Part shown: positions 11,026 to 23,640 of the stretch, one piece after another
How positions within the stretch are numbered: position 1 is the first letter of the stretch
Layout: each line of letters starts with the position of its first letter
NCBI GenBank assembly: GCA_030324005.1
Contig: JARDVH010000025.1
Coordinates: 94,150,673 to 94,210,718 of the forward strand
DNA: 60,046 nt
Reading direction: 5' to 3'
Source of the DNA: Negaprion brevirostris
Taxonomy: Eukaryota
Made by a program: the position numbers and the translations under genes
Notes under the pieces: model-generated
The model's input: only the letters and a program-made list of their open reading frames with translations
What the model was told of the DNA's origin: nothing
Databases searched by the model: none

Positions 11026-12954
11026 AGTCATCAACCCAGCAGAGATATTTGCCTGAATTCTACCGCTCCACCCACCATGGAATCGGAGCAGGTGGTGGGG
11101 AAACAGAGATATCCGTTGACCCCAGGTGGGAATTTCCAGTCTTGTTTGAGGGCGGCTGTAAATACCTGCCCATTAAATCTAGCACACAAGTGCCATGCTC
11201 AGATCAAACCAACTATCAAACAAGATGTAGCTCTACAAGCGCTACAAAAAGTAATGATGGAAGGATGGCCCCAGAGCATCAAGGACACATCTGTGGTCAC
11301 AAGAGCCTATTGAGATGAATTGATAGCCTAAGATGGCATCTTGTTCAAGGGAAATAGAGTTAATAATAGAAATAAGAGAAAGGATGCTGAAATCATCCAT
11401 GCAAGTCTTTTAAGAATTGAATTGATTGAGAACGACAAGAGAAGTTCTACACAGGTCAACTATGTGCAGTGAAATTGAAGGTCACATTAGCCAGTGCAGT
11501 GTATGTAACAAGTACCAAGCTAAACAAGCAAGAGGGACATTGGTGACGCATAACATCCCAGGCAGATCATGGATGAAGCTGAGCTTTGATCTTTCACTAC
11601 AGCAGGAACTGATTATCTTGTCACTGTTTACTACTTTTCTGACGACTGGAAGTTAGACCAACTGATTTCAATGATGATAGGAGAAATAATAAAATGCCTG
11701 AATCAGTATGGTATGGCATGCCAAACATTGTAATGAGTGAGAATGGCCCTCTCAAGTGAAGAAATCAACCGATTTTTAAAGGATTGGGAAATTCAGCACT
11801 ACACACCACCTCTGTACTATGCCCAGTTGAATGGAAAGGTTGACATTGCAGTGGAAATTCTCAAAGGAATAGTCAAATCATTAAGCAAATCTAACAGAGA
11901 CATATACAAGGCAATCCTCAAATGGAGAAACCCAACAGAAGTCATTGAAATTGATCCTGTCCAAAACTAATGTTAGACATGAGTGAAAAGATTAAAGTAA
12001 AATAACAGCCAAATTTCAGCTTGACAAGACAGCTCCTGACTAGAGCTGAGCACTGGAGAACCAGTCAGCATGAAAACCTTTCCCACTCCCAACAGGAGTC
12101 CACCTATGTGGAAAGTTGGCACATGCATAGAGGAATTATCACCTTGGTTGTATAAGGCACAACACCATACAATCAGCTAGTGAAGATGTTCCTTCACAGA
12201 CATCTGCTGGTCCAGGAGAAGGGATCTTACCAGATATGGTGAGTATGGAACCACCATCAATCTCAGAGTTTCACATGCCCCCAACAATGCGCCATGGAAA
12301 TGATGCTCTGCAGACAAGGAACAATACCCAGAAGAACACCCAAAGTATATTCCATTAAAAGACCTGTGGGCTTTGAAGACTAGGGCTGAATTCTTCAGCC
12401 CCTTCACAACAGATTTACCCCTGGCAGAAACAGCTCCCCACCCACTGCCTGTGGGATTTTCCAGTCCTGCTGAAGTTGATGCCAATTTACAATCCTCATC
12501 CATGTAACCGTCAGGAAATCCACATCAGGGGTTGAATTTGGCAGGACTTGAAAATCCTGCTGGTGGGATGTGCTGAAAAGTTCCACCATGTGTGCAATGC
12601 ATGTGCAGTGATCGACCATTAGAACAAGCAGTTGTTAATGCTTCAGATTAGTGGATATATTGTGGGTAACATGGGTAACTCACATGGGATCACACATGTA
12701 AATATGTCTTTTGTTTGCCAGGAAAAGGGAGATGTTTGTACAATTTATTCAATATAAAAAAGGGGATGTTTGTATGATTTGTTCAATATGAAAAGGAAGA
12801 TGTTGGGGTCTTGATATGTAGTCAGTTTGATGTTATATTTGGATTTTCATAGTCATGTAACTATGCCATAAGATGTTTCTCTGAAGGCAGACATCTTAAG
12901 GCAGTTCAATAAAGCCTCTTGCCAAGAAGACACTGATGAAGCGCTGCTGGGTAA

Positions 12955-13160
12955 ACTGTCCTGAAACAGCTTGCATGGATTTATCATGGTTGACAATCCA
13001 CATGGAATTCTTTTGGGATCTAACCAACATGGCGGGTGGAAAAAATGTAATGACTATAGTGACATGATCATTAGGAAAGCTTTTGACATGGGAGCTTGTT
13101 AGGAAGATTAAAGAGCATGGATTTAGAGAGAAGATAGTAAACTGGTATTAAAAAATTGCG
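12955..13160 (+). mobile_element. CR1 RT fragment
   Basis: gcatggattt (QHGF-like), gaaagcttttgac (KAFD) and aagattaaagagcatgg remnants. Confidence 0.6.
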
Positions 13161-13202
13161 AGAAGAGAGAAAACAGGAGAGCAGGTGTTATAGGAATGTT
13201 TT

Positions 13203-13305
13203 CCACGCTTTACCTCCATCATTAGGGCCTGCCCAGCAAGATCCCCAAACACAGGTATGTCCGGGATCTTGCTGGGCAGGACTTAATGATGGGGGTAAAG
13301 GGTGG
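13203..13305. repeat. Near-perfect hairpin (arms about 43 bp), probably MITE-derived
   Basis: ccacgctttacctccatcattagggcctgcccagcaagatccc pairs with gggatcttgctgggcaggacttaatgatgggggtaaagggtgg. Confidence 0.85.
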
Positions 13306-13801
13306 CATGTTGCAAAGGTCAAGGGGAAAAATAGCCAAGAGCAGTCAAAACCTTGAGGTGGCTGGCCACTAATAATCACAGGGGTAGGAGGAAACCTTAA
13401 CCCCATCTTCCTTCCCCATTTTCACTAACCAGCAGCCCGTATGCTGAGCCCTCTCCCGCTGCCCATTAAATCAGATTACTGGGAGGAGAAGACCCTTAAA
13501 TGAACATTAAATACCCACTTAAGGGCCTCAATTAGGGTACAGGTGGATAACATACCCAATGACTTCCCTGCTTCCTTAATAAACATGGCCTGGTCTGGCG
13601 GAAATGTTAGGCACACCTCCCAATTTTATAGGTTCAATCGCTTATTTTCTCACCCATCCTATATCAGGAGATGATAAAATTCAGCATATGTACAAGATTA
13701 GTTTGAGAGATTTAGAACATAGGCAGCAGAAACCACTTTGCATTGAGAGCTATGAAACTATGGAACACAAAATCAGTGTAAATGATTGAAAGAGGAACAA
13801 T

Positions 13802-13925
13802 GGGCGGGATTTGATGGCCTTGCTTGAGCGAGACTGAAAATTCCCGCCCAAGGTCAACAGACATTTCTGTTGCCCGCACCGTGCCCATTCCAATTCCATG
13901 GTGGGTGGGGCATTAGAATTCAGGA
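13802..13925. mobile_element. About 125-bp Harbinger-type MITE (family also at about 35420-35560, 54091-54247 and 57718-57844)
   Basis: Shared gggcgg(a)attt..actgtaaaatcccgccc..tttccattgtcc..ccaattcc(t)gtgg..aaattc motif order. Confidence 0.7.
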
Positions 13926-14024
13926 GAATGTCAACATTTTCTGGGAGAATAATAGTTCCTGTGTATCGTAATGATGAATTAATTGATCAGTAATATAACA
14001 TATTCAGCGACAACTCTTTCTCCT

Positions 14025-14355
14025 GTGTGTCAGAAAGCCATAGCTCAAACTCTACATCACAAACCTGAGCACATAAACTAGCCGATACCTGAGTGATGTG
14101 GTGCGTGAGTGCTGCACTGTCAAGAGGTACTATTTCAAATGAGGCAGTAAAGAAATAGCCCTGCCTTCTTTCTCAGCTGGATGCATGTGATTCTATGAAA
14201 CGATTTAAAGTAAGGCATTGCTCTTTGTGGGACCTTGTCCGCAAATCAGCTGTTATATTTTCTTAGGGGACAGCAACTACATTTCAAAAATCACCTCAGT
14301 TGCTACAAATTGCTTTTAGATGTCCTGAGAACATGAAAAGCAGTGCACAAGTGTG
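14025..14355 (+). mobile_element. Old Deu-domain SINE (SacSINE1/AmnSINE1-like)
   Basis: gagtgctgcactgtc..tttcaaatgag..ctcagctggatg Deu-like core and L2-type tail tttgtgggaccttg..gatgtcctgag..gaaaagc. Confidence 0.65.
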
Positions 14356-14399
14356 ATTAGTTTTGAATGGTGCCATGTATTTTCGTGAGTTGCAAATAT

Positions 14400-14690
14400 G
14401 CAGTGAGTTTTAAGACAAATAGTAGCAAATTTAAAAAAGAGTTGAGGAGACACTGCTTCTCCCGAAGAGTTGTGAACCCGTGGAATTTGCTACCCCAAAG
14501 TGAGGTGGATGCTGGGACAGTGAGTAAATTTAAGGAGTTGGACAGATTTTCAATTAGTAATGGGTTGAAGGGTTGTGGGAAGAAAGCAGGAAAATAGGGA
14601 TGAGGAGCGTATCAGCCATGATTGAATGGTGGAATGGACTCAATGGGCCAAATGGCCATAATTCCGCTCCTATAACTTATGAACATACGT
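14400..14690 (+). mobile_element. CR1 LINE 3' end
   Basis: ORF motif RHCFSRRVVNPWNLLP..FKELDRF and tail atcagccatgattgaatgg..gggccaaatggcc. Confidence 0.85.
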
Positions 14691-14709
14691 ACATGCACAC
14701 ATGTAAATA

Positions 14710-15162
14710 GACAAACACACACACATAAACAAGACAACAAGAAACTACAAAGGGTTGTGAATGTCACCCAATTCATCAGACAAAACAGCCTTCCATCCAC
14801 TGACTCCATCTACACTTTCTGCTGCCTCAGAAAAGTAGCCAGCATAATCAAGGACTCCATGCACTCCGGACATACTCTCTTCTATTTTCTTCTGTTGGGA
14901 AAAAGATACAAAATTCTGGGGACAATTATCAACTGACGCAAGAACAGTTTCTTCCCTACTGCCATCAGACTTTTGAATATATCTGCCACATATTAAGCTG
15001 ATCTTGCTCTACACCCTAGCTATGACTGTAACATTGCATTCTGCACCCTCTTCTTTCCTTCTCCCCTATGTACTTTATGAATAGTATGTTTTGGCTGTAT
15101 AGTGCGCAAGAAAACAGTACTTTCCACTGTATCCCAAATCATGTGACAATAATAAATCAAAT
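14710..15162 (+). mobile_element. Rex1/Babar-like LINE 3' end (family also at 27905-28580 - and 55540-55770 +)
   Basis: QDNKKLQRVV..IIKD..HSGHTLF..GKRYK motif and aataaatcaaat microsatellite tail. Confidence 0.75.
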
Positions 15163-16021
15163 GCACACGCATGATGGCAGCTGTTGGGTTGATGTTTTGG
15201 GACTCTGCCCGTGGCATGTGGAGAGTCAAACAGCTGAGAGATTGAGTTTTGCAAGAAGACTGGAGAGAGGTGGAGTCCACTCAGAACATTCTATCCCCTG
15301 GCCCTTTTCTGTAGTTACTGCCAGACTGACTTGTTTCTCCCTCGTTCTTGGAGTCAATAAGATTTGTTACTTGATATCAGTTTTGATCACACAATCAATC
15401 CTTCCATTGTCCACTTAGATAACTCAAAGTTAGAAGCTATTGCTGCACAATGGAGAATGTACAGTTGCTTTTGAGAAACTGCTTTCTCCACAATTTTCTT
15501 TGTTATGTATCTGAGTTGGGGATGCATTTCAGTTTTGGTGAACACTCAGGTAACGGGAAGTGAAAATTCCACAAGTGATCTTGTCACAGTGTCTTCACTC
15601 CTGGGGCAGCATCCCAGCCATGATCTTTAATTAAGAACTTTCCAGAGACCTGAGGTCACCTGAATCTAAACAGCTGCGATTTGAGTCTTTTAAAACTCGA
15701 TCGGTGGCTTTCAGTTGGTAAATGCAGTCATTTTTATTATAAAGCATAGCTTCACAACAGTGGCATGAAGCTAACATGCCTCTCAATGTCTCAAGGCTGA
15801 CAATACTTGAGCACTTTATTTCAAAATTAATTTTTGAAAATTACTTAATGTTATAATCCACAACAAAAGCAACAACAATTTGCATATATTTAGCATGTTA
15901 AATGTGGTATAATGCATGTACATAAATTGATGACGGTCTGTGGATTTAATAGCAAGTTGAATTATGAGCAGCCGGTTGCCTGGCAGCCTTTAAGTTGATC
16001 AGTAAATAGTCACTGTGATTT

Positions 16022-16349
16022 CATAGAAACCATAGAATTCCGACAGTGTAGAAGGCTGTCATTTGGCCCATCAAGTCTGCACCAACAACAACCCCACCCG
16101 GTCCCTATCCCCGTAACCCCATGTATTTACTCTGTTAATGTCCCCCCCGACACTAAGGGTCAATTTAGCGTGGCCAATCCACGTAACCTGCACATCTTTG
16201 GAGTATGGGAGGAAACCGGAGCACCCGAAGGAAACCCACGCACACGTGCAGAGAACATGCAAACTCCACACAGACAATGACCCAAGGCCAGAATTGAACC
16301 CAGATCCCGGGCGCTGTCAGGCAGCAGGGCTTACCATTGTGCCATCCCA
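16022..16349 (-). mobile_element. HE1-type V-SINE
   Basis: Full reverse-complement copy including tgggaggaaaccggagcacccg..gaaacccacgca..tgcaaactccacacag. Confidence 0.92.
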
Positions 16350-17879
16350 ATTTTAATTGCCACAAATTTAATTTAGTTTGGATTTTTGATTGCATCTTTT
16401 GAATAGAAGATAAATTTAGAGTTTTCAGTAGCACTTTCCATCTAGGGGGAGGAACTAATTTTATTGAACAAACCAACCATTTCCAAAGAAATTTTGTCCT
16501 TAACAAAAAAAAACTCTTCCAAAGAACTTTTTCTTCCATTTTAACTTGTGGTTTTGTAAAACAGCAAAAGATATAATTTGGTCCTTTGTAAAGTAGTACC
16601 CAAACTATTGATCATACAAAAAAGATTTAATTATTGCATTATAGTGAACAAATATTTAGATTTTAAATACATTTATTTCCTAAGCTATTTTGCTGACTAT
16701 TACTCATATTTACAAATAAGTTATTCATATTCTAATGATAAAATATATAACCATAGGCCATTGAAGGGTAATTAATATTACAGGACAGAGAAGAAATGTT
16801 GGGTCACCTTAGTTCCCTGTGGCAGATAAAACAAATGTGTTTAAATGAGGAAGCTTGCTGATAGCTTGAATTTAATGTTCCTGATACAAACAGGACAGAA
16901 AGCCTCTGTAGACGGATCACTTAAGCTGGTGCAATAAATGCAGCGTTTTTGAATACCAATGTAATGCATCTTCAGAGTGAATTTTAATCCAATCCACCAG
17001 TAGGAAATCGGGTGAGGAAACAATTCAAACCTAATACTCAACTACATCTGGCCCAGAACCCACTACTTCCTGTTCTTAACCAGCAAAACGAAGGCACTGT
17101 GATGTTTCCATCAGGACCTATCACAAGAGAAGCTGAGGGCATAATTTGAAGGAAGATTTTCTCCTTCCTTTGACGGGCCAAGAAGACCAGGAGTGAGATT
17201 TCCCTCAGGGCCCCTGTCCTCACACTTCACTGAGCAATGGTATATGACCAAGGGGCTGCCTGATACTCATCAGGTTGCCAGCTTCTATCTGCCCACTTCC
17301 CATATCAACCAGCCGCACATTAATGAGTTTTAGAATCAGCCTGGCCTGAATCTGCCTTCGGCAGAGGCAGCGTTATAACATTTAATTGAAAGATTCAATC
17401 ATCCCTTGAAATGATTCATGGAGGGAAGTTGCTTTCACTGTGAAGGGTGAGGATATCAGTGAGATGAGGAAACCTGGGACACTGACAGTTGCGCAAAGTG
17501 GTGGATCACACAGCGTCAGTCACACAGTCCTTAATTGGCCTGGACCATCTAAAGTACACACTGCAAAGTCCATCAAGAATTTTAAAAGGGGCTATTCAGC
17601 CCATCAAACATCTTCTCTCTTCTTGGGTGCAATTCATTATGTCATACGTTCCACTTAAATTCCTGAGTAAAAGTCCTGCGTCAAGATAGTCCAGTATCAT
17701 CCTCAGAAAAGCGAGACAAGACTACTCCAGGATATTATTTGGGTCACTTGGATAGTTTATATTATTTATCTTTTCCATCTTAAGCATATCTATTCCATTC
17801 CAGCTTAAATTATACAATAATTACCACCTTCCATGGAGTCCAATCATCCCTTCAGACTCATTCTACAGCGTTTTTGGCT

Positions 17880-18240
17880 GTAGATAGAAGAGATATTTTG
17901 AAAGTCTAGATTGGACCCCAGTGATGGGCAGTGAGTATTGGATTCATTGCATCACCCAACCCTTCTCCAACAAGGAATTTCTACCAATCTCAAGCCCTAC
18001 TCGTGGTCTGCATTCAGAATCTATTTGTTTGCATCAACATTATCAATATAGCTTCACACTTTAAAGTCTTGGGTTTAAATTCATTCCCTTTCTCTAGTGA
18101 AAGTAAGGTAAGGGATTCTCTGAAGCAGTGACTGCCCCACTGCAAGGGAGAGTGAAAAATTAGGTGTTCCAGCCAAAACGCCCATCCATTTTTGGCAGCA
18201 CCGGAGAATCCCAGCCACAAACAAGGATGGAGATTTTCAA
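17880..18240. mobile_element. MITE-like fragments (family also at about 23640-23755 and 44224-44370)
   Basis: Shared cagccaaaacgcc..ccggagaatcccagcc motif. Confidence 0.5.
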
Positions 18241-19203
18241 CTAAGTTCAGCAATGTGATTTTCATTAAACTTTTAAATTCCAGCATCATTACTGCTTTTC
18301 TTCGAGACATGTTACTTTTCTTAAATTCCCAAAGCAAAAATACCAAACTGGTACACAGTCCTCCAAATGTGATTTTACAAATGTTCGAATAAATACTTTT
18401 GACCTATAGTTAAAGCTACCAGAGAAGCAGCCCGCGTTCTTTACTAGACCTAGAGGAAATGAATGAAAAGGGAGCAGGAAGAGCAAAGGAAATGATAACT
18501 GATATTAAGCAGAGTTTTTCTTATCCGACAAGTCTGTTTTCAACAATATCTCTTTTCTTTAATAACAAGAACACTTTTGGAATTTTACCTCACTGCAAGC
18601 CAATAAACCTTTATACACACATTGAAATAGGATATCATAGAACAAGTAAAATGATCTAATGAATGCATTTTGAGAATTAAATTCACGTGATATATGGTTT
18701 TGCTGAAATCCATTACTTTAAAGTGATTGTTGAGCAAAATAAAGTTAAGTTTTACATTCTTGAATACTGAGTTCTCATTTATTGATTGGGTAGCCAGGTA
18801 ACAAGGTTTATCAGGGATCCCTCAGAGCAGTTTTTTTTCTTAAACCACAGACACTGGATTTGGGTCCACTACCTGAGAGTGATGCAGAGCCGTTAGGCTC
18901 ACATTATTTCCCTGCCACCACTTTGTGGTCAGGGAAAATGGAGGTGTGTACACATCAATCAAATGTGTACCACTAGCAAATGGGGAAATGGTTAAAGATC
19001 TCTTCAAGGTAGCCTTGCAATAGTTGCCTAAATCAGAGTTATTTTTAAACCAGTAAAATTCAAAATATGTAGTACAGCTGGCCTAGTATAATGGGATCAT
19101 ATCAAAAAAATGTTTTCAATTAATGGCAGTCAGTAAGTATTGCAATTACTGTTTAAAAAATTCTGTACAATTTTTAATGTTTGATTCTTAATTCTCACTG
19201 AAG

Positions 19204-19318
19204 TGGAAGGCTACATTGAGCAATGGTATCTTTCTTGCAGTCATTCCAGAAGGCAGCTAAAAAATGTAAACTCTGCTCAGTTTTTTCATAACATGATTCT
19301 TTGTTGCAATCCCCCAAG
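19204..19318 (+). CDS. Candidate coding exon of gene A (EGYIEQWYLSCSHSRRQLKNVNSAQFFHNMILCCNPP)
   Basis: Acceptor attctcactgaAG and donor AAG|GTATCT. 115 nt, phase 1 to 2, open frame in unique AT-rich sequence. Confidence 0.65.
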
Positions 19319-19610
19319 GTATCTTAGAATGAAATTATGATTGACAGCAACAGCACTGGGGAAAACACAATACAATGCTTTAAATTCAATTCAACAAGCT
19401 TTCTGTTTTAATATCATGAGAAGAAAAATAGAATCAAATTGTGATTTTTTTTGGGGAACTATTTATTTTGAGAGCAGTATTGATTCCTGCAACAACAAAA
19501 ATGAGTGCTCACAATAAGATCAAATCTGTTATGAATTCAGCTTCTAAAATTCAAACATATTGCTGGGGGGAAGACATGAAGTGTCATTCGTTGTTTACTG
19601 TTTCTCTCAG

Positions 19611-19650
19611 TAGAGATGTATTTAGGAATAATCCAGGAACCAAACAATAG
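19611..19650 (+). CDS. Candidate last coding exon of gene A (SRDVFRNNPGTKQ*)
   Basis: Strong acceptor tgtttctctcAG. A phase-2 join gives a short frame ending in TAG at 19648-19650. Confidence 0.5.
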
Positions 19651-21799
19651 CAAACAGAACTTTCAGAAATTGTACAATATGTCATACTCATCTAAGAGAA
19701 CATTACAACATATTTATCACAAACAGATTTCTACTGTCTCTTTTATCAACTTTTAAAAAAAAAGTTTTACTCTTTTTTTAAAAAACGTACTGGTACAACT
19801 GAATTCTTCAAAAGAGAAAACCAGTGCACAAGACTGAAAGGAACTGGAGAGCCATTTATTAACTGGGCAAGAATAATCGCTCACAGTTTAAATGATCATC
19901 ATTCAATCTTTAACAGCAACTTCAGGAAATCATCATATTTATTCAGAGTCCCTTTTCTTTGCTATGTTGATGTCTAATTCAATGCAGGTTTTTAATTACC
20001 TGTCAAGGATTTGATATTCACTTGGACTCAAGGTAGAAACTAAAAAGATATCATCTCAGAGTACAGTCAAATCAAACCTCCAGGGTCACCCCCATAAATG
20101 ATATTGCATTTTAGCATATCTTTAAAATTTCATGTCATGATACACTTGGGAAGGTAACAGAATTTTTTTTTAGTTAGTTTTATAGTGAAAATGACAAGAT
20201 TCCCTTGCGTGGCATTTTGAAAATGGGGTATTTCCCTTACTATCTTTCAGCACCTCCTTTTAAAGAAGATAACCTCTTGTGGAGATGATGGGGGTCTTGG
20301 CTTCCGCTGGAGAACTGGCGATACCCTCCAAGACCATCCTCTGGAAGATTTCTGGCTGATGTCTTGCCCGCCCAGAACTGCTGGTGGATTGGAGACCAGC
20401 AGTGCCGTTGGGAGACGTGATTGTTGTTGAGGGTTACAAGACACTGGGTTGTCAGAGGGTTAATTGCAAGGCTGGAGGAGTATCTTTCTATGGGACCCCT
20501 GTTCTTTCTGATGCCGGGCTTCTCAATCAATGACTAAGTGCCTTTGAATAATCCCTCTGGGTTGGGTATTTGCAAACAAACACATCAGGATTTGCTTGTT
20601 GTGTTCCTTGTGTGGCGAGCCCCTTGTCCATATATGGGTTAACACCAGCAGCAGTGGGAGGAGCCATTTAAGTGGGCATGAATTGCTTTCTTAAGCGTCT
20701 CAATTGGCACCATTGTGGGAGGGCTGACAACAGGCCTATATTTATACGGGGTGGAGGCAGGAATGTGGCAAGGTCCCCAGCTTTGCCAATTATATGCCTG
20801 CCCATTATCAAATCCGAAGACACAGGAATCTACCCAAACATTCAAAGACTGGAAAGCTGATTCAGTTTTCTCCCCCCCAATGTTTATCCACAATACGCTC
20901 AGGTCTCAGCAGACTGAAACAAGGGAGCATGAATGAATTTTAAAGATGAATTATATCAACATTACATTTCAATCTATGTAGTTAGTTAAAGATTTTGTGA
21001 AGAACATGGGAGCGTGTAGTGTCATGCCTTTTAAGAGTGTCCCAAGGCATATGAAATGTCCTCACTGCAAACCGTAATGTCAACCAAATCCACAGATGTC
21101 ACACCTCAATATATATGCACAGGTTAAAAATACCTGGAAGACAAATGAGCTCAAATATTGTAATAATAGAACACAGTCAAACACTGAAAATGAGCTGATA
21201 AATAAACAATGCTGGCTGGCTTAACTGTCTTGAATTACATGCATGCAATCAGAAATCACTTGCTTTGACTTAACAGCTAAGGGAAAACAGCCAACCAATA
21301 ATTGGTATAAAACCAACCAAACTGGATAATAAATGTATAAGTAATTTAGCAATTCGTAACAATGTAATTCAACTCATCCATAAATTTCCACGTGTTGAAA
21401 ATCTCTTCCACATAGGTTTGCCTTTCTCAAACATTTGGATTATGCTCTTTGTTCTTTAAGCCTGCCATCATCACCCCTCCAAACCAGCCCTTGGCCCCAT
21501 TGTCCTTGCAAACTGCCATCTGATCTTCAAACTCCTTTTCAGTCTCCAAAGTCCTTAAATGCTTAGTAACCTCAAGTCCATTTCCATCTGGCCTGGGATT
21601 CAACACTTGAATCCTCTCAATCAAATTTCTAGCCAATACCAAACATCCTTTGCGACTGTGACAAAGGTGGACTTTGACATGGGTTGACCAATGTCCCTCA
21701 GCATTTCCCCAATGTTGTCCAATGAGTTGGGACTACTCTCTCATGGCTCCATTCTTGATTATCTAATGATAGCTAAAGGAAATAATTAAAATAATAAAT

Positions 21800-23640
21800 A
21801 GAATATAATAGTAAGCTTGCGGGGAACATAAAAACTGAGTATTAAAGCTTTTATACGTACTTGAAAAGAAAAAGATGAGTGAAGGCACATGTAGGTCCCT
21901 TACAGTCAGAAACAAGGGAATTTGTAATGGGAAACAAAACAATGGCTGACCAATTAAATACATATTTTAGGTGTGTCTTTACAAACGAGGACACAGGTAA
22001 CGTACCAGAAATACTGGGGAACATAGGTTTTAGTGAGGAACTGAAGGAAATCGGCGTTAGTGGAGAAGTGGTGTTGGGGAAATTGATAGTTGCAGGCCAA
22101 TAAAGCCCCAAGGTCAAATAAGCTACTTTCCAGAATACTTAAGAAAATGACCATAAAAATAATGAATGCATTGGTAGTCATCCTCCAAAATCCTGTGGAC
22201 TTTGGGACAATTCTGACAGAGAGGAGGGCAACTAATGTAACCCCAGTATATTAAAAAGGGATGGACAGAGAAAACAAGAATTATAGACCAGTCAGCCTGA
22301 TGTCAAGGGTGAGACCTTTATAAAAGACGTACAAGCAGAGCATTGGGAGTGGGAGAATTGGACAGAGTCAGCATGGATTTATGAAAGGGAAATCAGGCTT
22401 GACAAATCTACTGGAATGTTTCAAGGATGTCATTGATAAAATTGATATGGGGGAGCAGTGGATGTGGTTTATTCCAACTTTCAGAAGGCTTTTGACAAAG
22501 TCCTACATAAGAGATTAGCATGTAGAATAAAAGCGCAGAGGAATTGGGGATAGTGTATTGAGAAGGATAGAAAACTGGTTGGTAGACAGAGAAAAAGAAT
22601 GCAAATAAACAGATCTTTTCCCGAATGACAGTCAGTAACTAGTGGAGTACTGTAGGGATCAGTGGTGGCACCTCAGCTATTCACTACATATTTTAATGAT
22701 TTGGATGAGAGAACTAAATGTATTATCTCCAAATTTGCAGGTGACCCAAAACTGGATGGGAGGGTGACTTGTGAAAAGGATGCAGATATGCTTCAGTATG
22801 ATTTGACAAGCTGAGTGAGTGGACAGATGAATGATAGATGCGATATAATGTAAATGAATATGAGTTATCCACTTTGGTCACAAAAATAGGAAGGCCGATT
22901 ATTATTTGAATGGTTATCGAGTGAGAGAGGGGAATGTGCAATGACACCAGAGTGTCCTTGTACAGCAGTTGCTGAAAGTAAGCATGCAGGCGCAGAAGAC
23001 ATTAAAGAAAGCAAATGGTATAGTGGCCTTCATAGCAAGAGCGTTCAAGTACTGGGGCAGGGATGTCTTGCTGCAAATATATAGTGCCTTGGGAGGCCAA
23101 ACCTGGAATATTTGATGCAGTTTTGGCCTCCTTATCTGAGGAAGAATGTTCTTGTTAGAGAGGGAATGCAGCAAAGATTTACCAGGCTGATTCTTAGGAT
23201 GGTAGGACTGATGTACAAGGAGAGATTGCATCAGTTAGGAATATATTCAGAATTTAGAAGAGCGAGGGAGACTTCATAGAAACCTCTAAAATTCTGACAG
23301 ACAGGGTAAGCGCGGGAAGAATGTTTCCGATGTTTGGGGAGTCTAGAACAGTGGTTACAGTCTGAGAATATGAAGTAAACAATTTAGGACTGAGATGAGG
23401 AGAAATATTTTCACCCATTGAGTGGTAAGCCTACGGAATTCGCTGCCACGGAAAGCAGTTGAGGTTAAAACATTGTACATTTTCAAGAAGGAGTTAGACA
23501 CAGCTCTTGGGGTGAAGAGGATCAAAGGATATTGGGGGATAGCAGAATCAGGCTATTAAGTTGGATGAGCAGTCATGATCATAATCAATGTTGGAGAGGC
23601 TCGAAAGATCAAAAGGCCTCCTTCTGCTCTGAGTTTCCTG
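21800..23640 (+). mobile_element. Decayed CR1 (HER1-like) LINE ORF2 3' half and tail
   Basis: NYRPVSL, QHGFMKGKSGLTNLLE, FQKAFDKV, SGVL*GSV and KFAGDPKL (FADD equivalent) motifs with stops; CR1 tail. Confidence 0.93.

Larger units (their letters stand above)
7682..12960 (+). mobile_element. Decayed full-length Ty3/Gypsy LTR retrotransposon
   Basis: Diverged LTRs at about 7682-7825 and 12801-12960, PBS tggtgtcaaaaagtg (tRNA-Leu-like), gag knuckle CKYCG..HCPAW (about 8570), protease QIDTSAS (about 8855), RT FTTLDVKDGYYHVKLD (about 9505), RNase H LMQQGQPIVFVSRAL and SDHKPL (10285-10440), integrase CSVCNKYQ / SENGP / QLNGKV (11490-11850), and a PPT before the 3' LTR. Domain order PR-RT-RH-INT. 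Confidence 0.92.

Noticed and set aside
11737-11970. Integrase-like ORFs as a domesticated gene
   Set aside because: Surrounded by stops and frameshifts, with degraded catalytic motifs; part of a dead Gypsy element.
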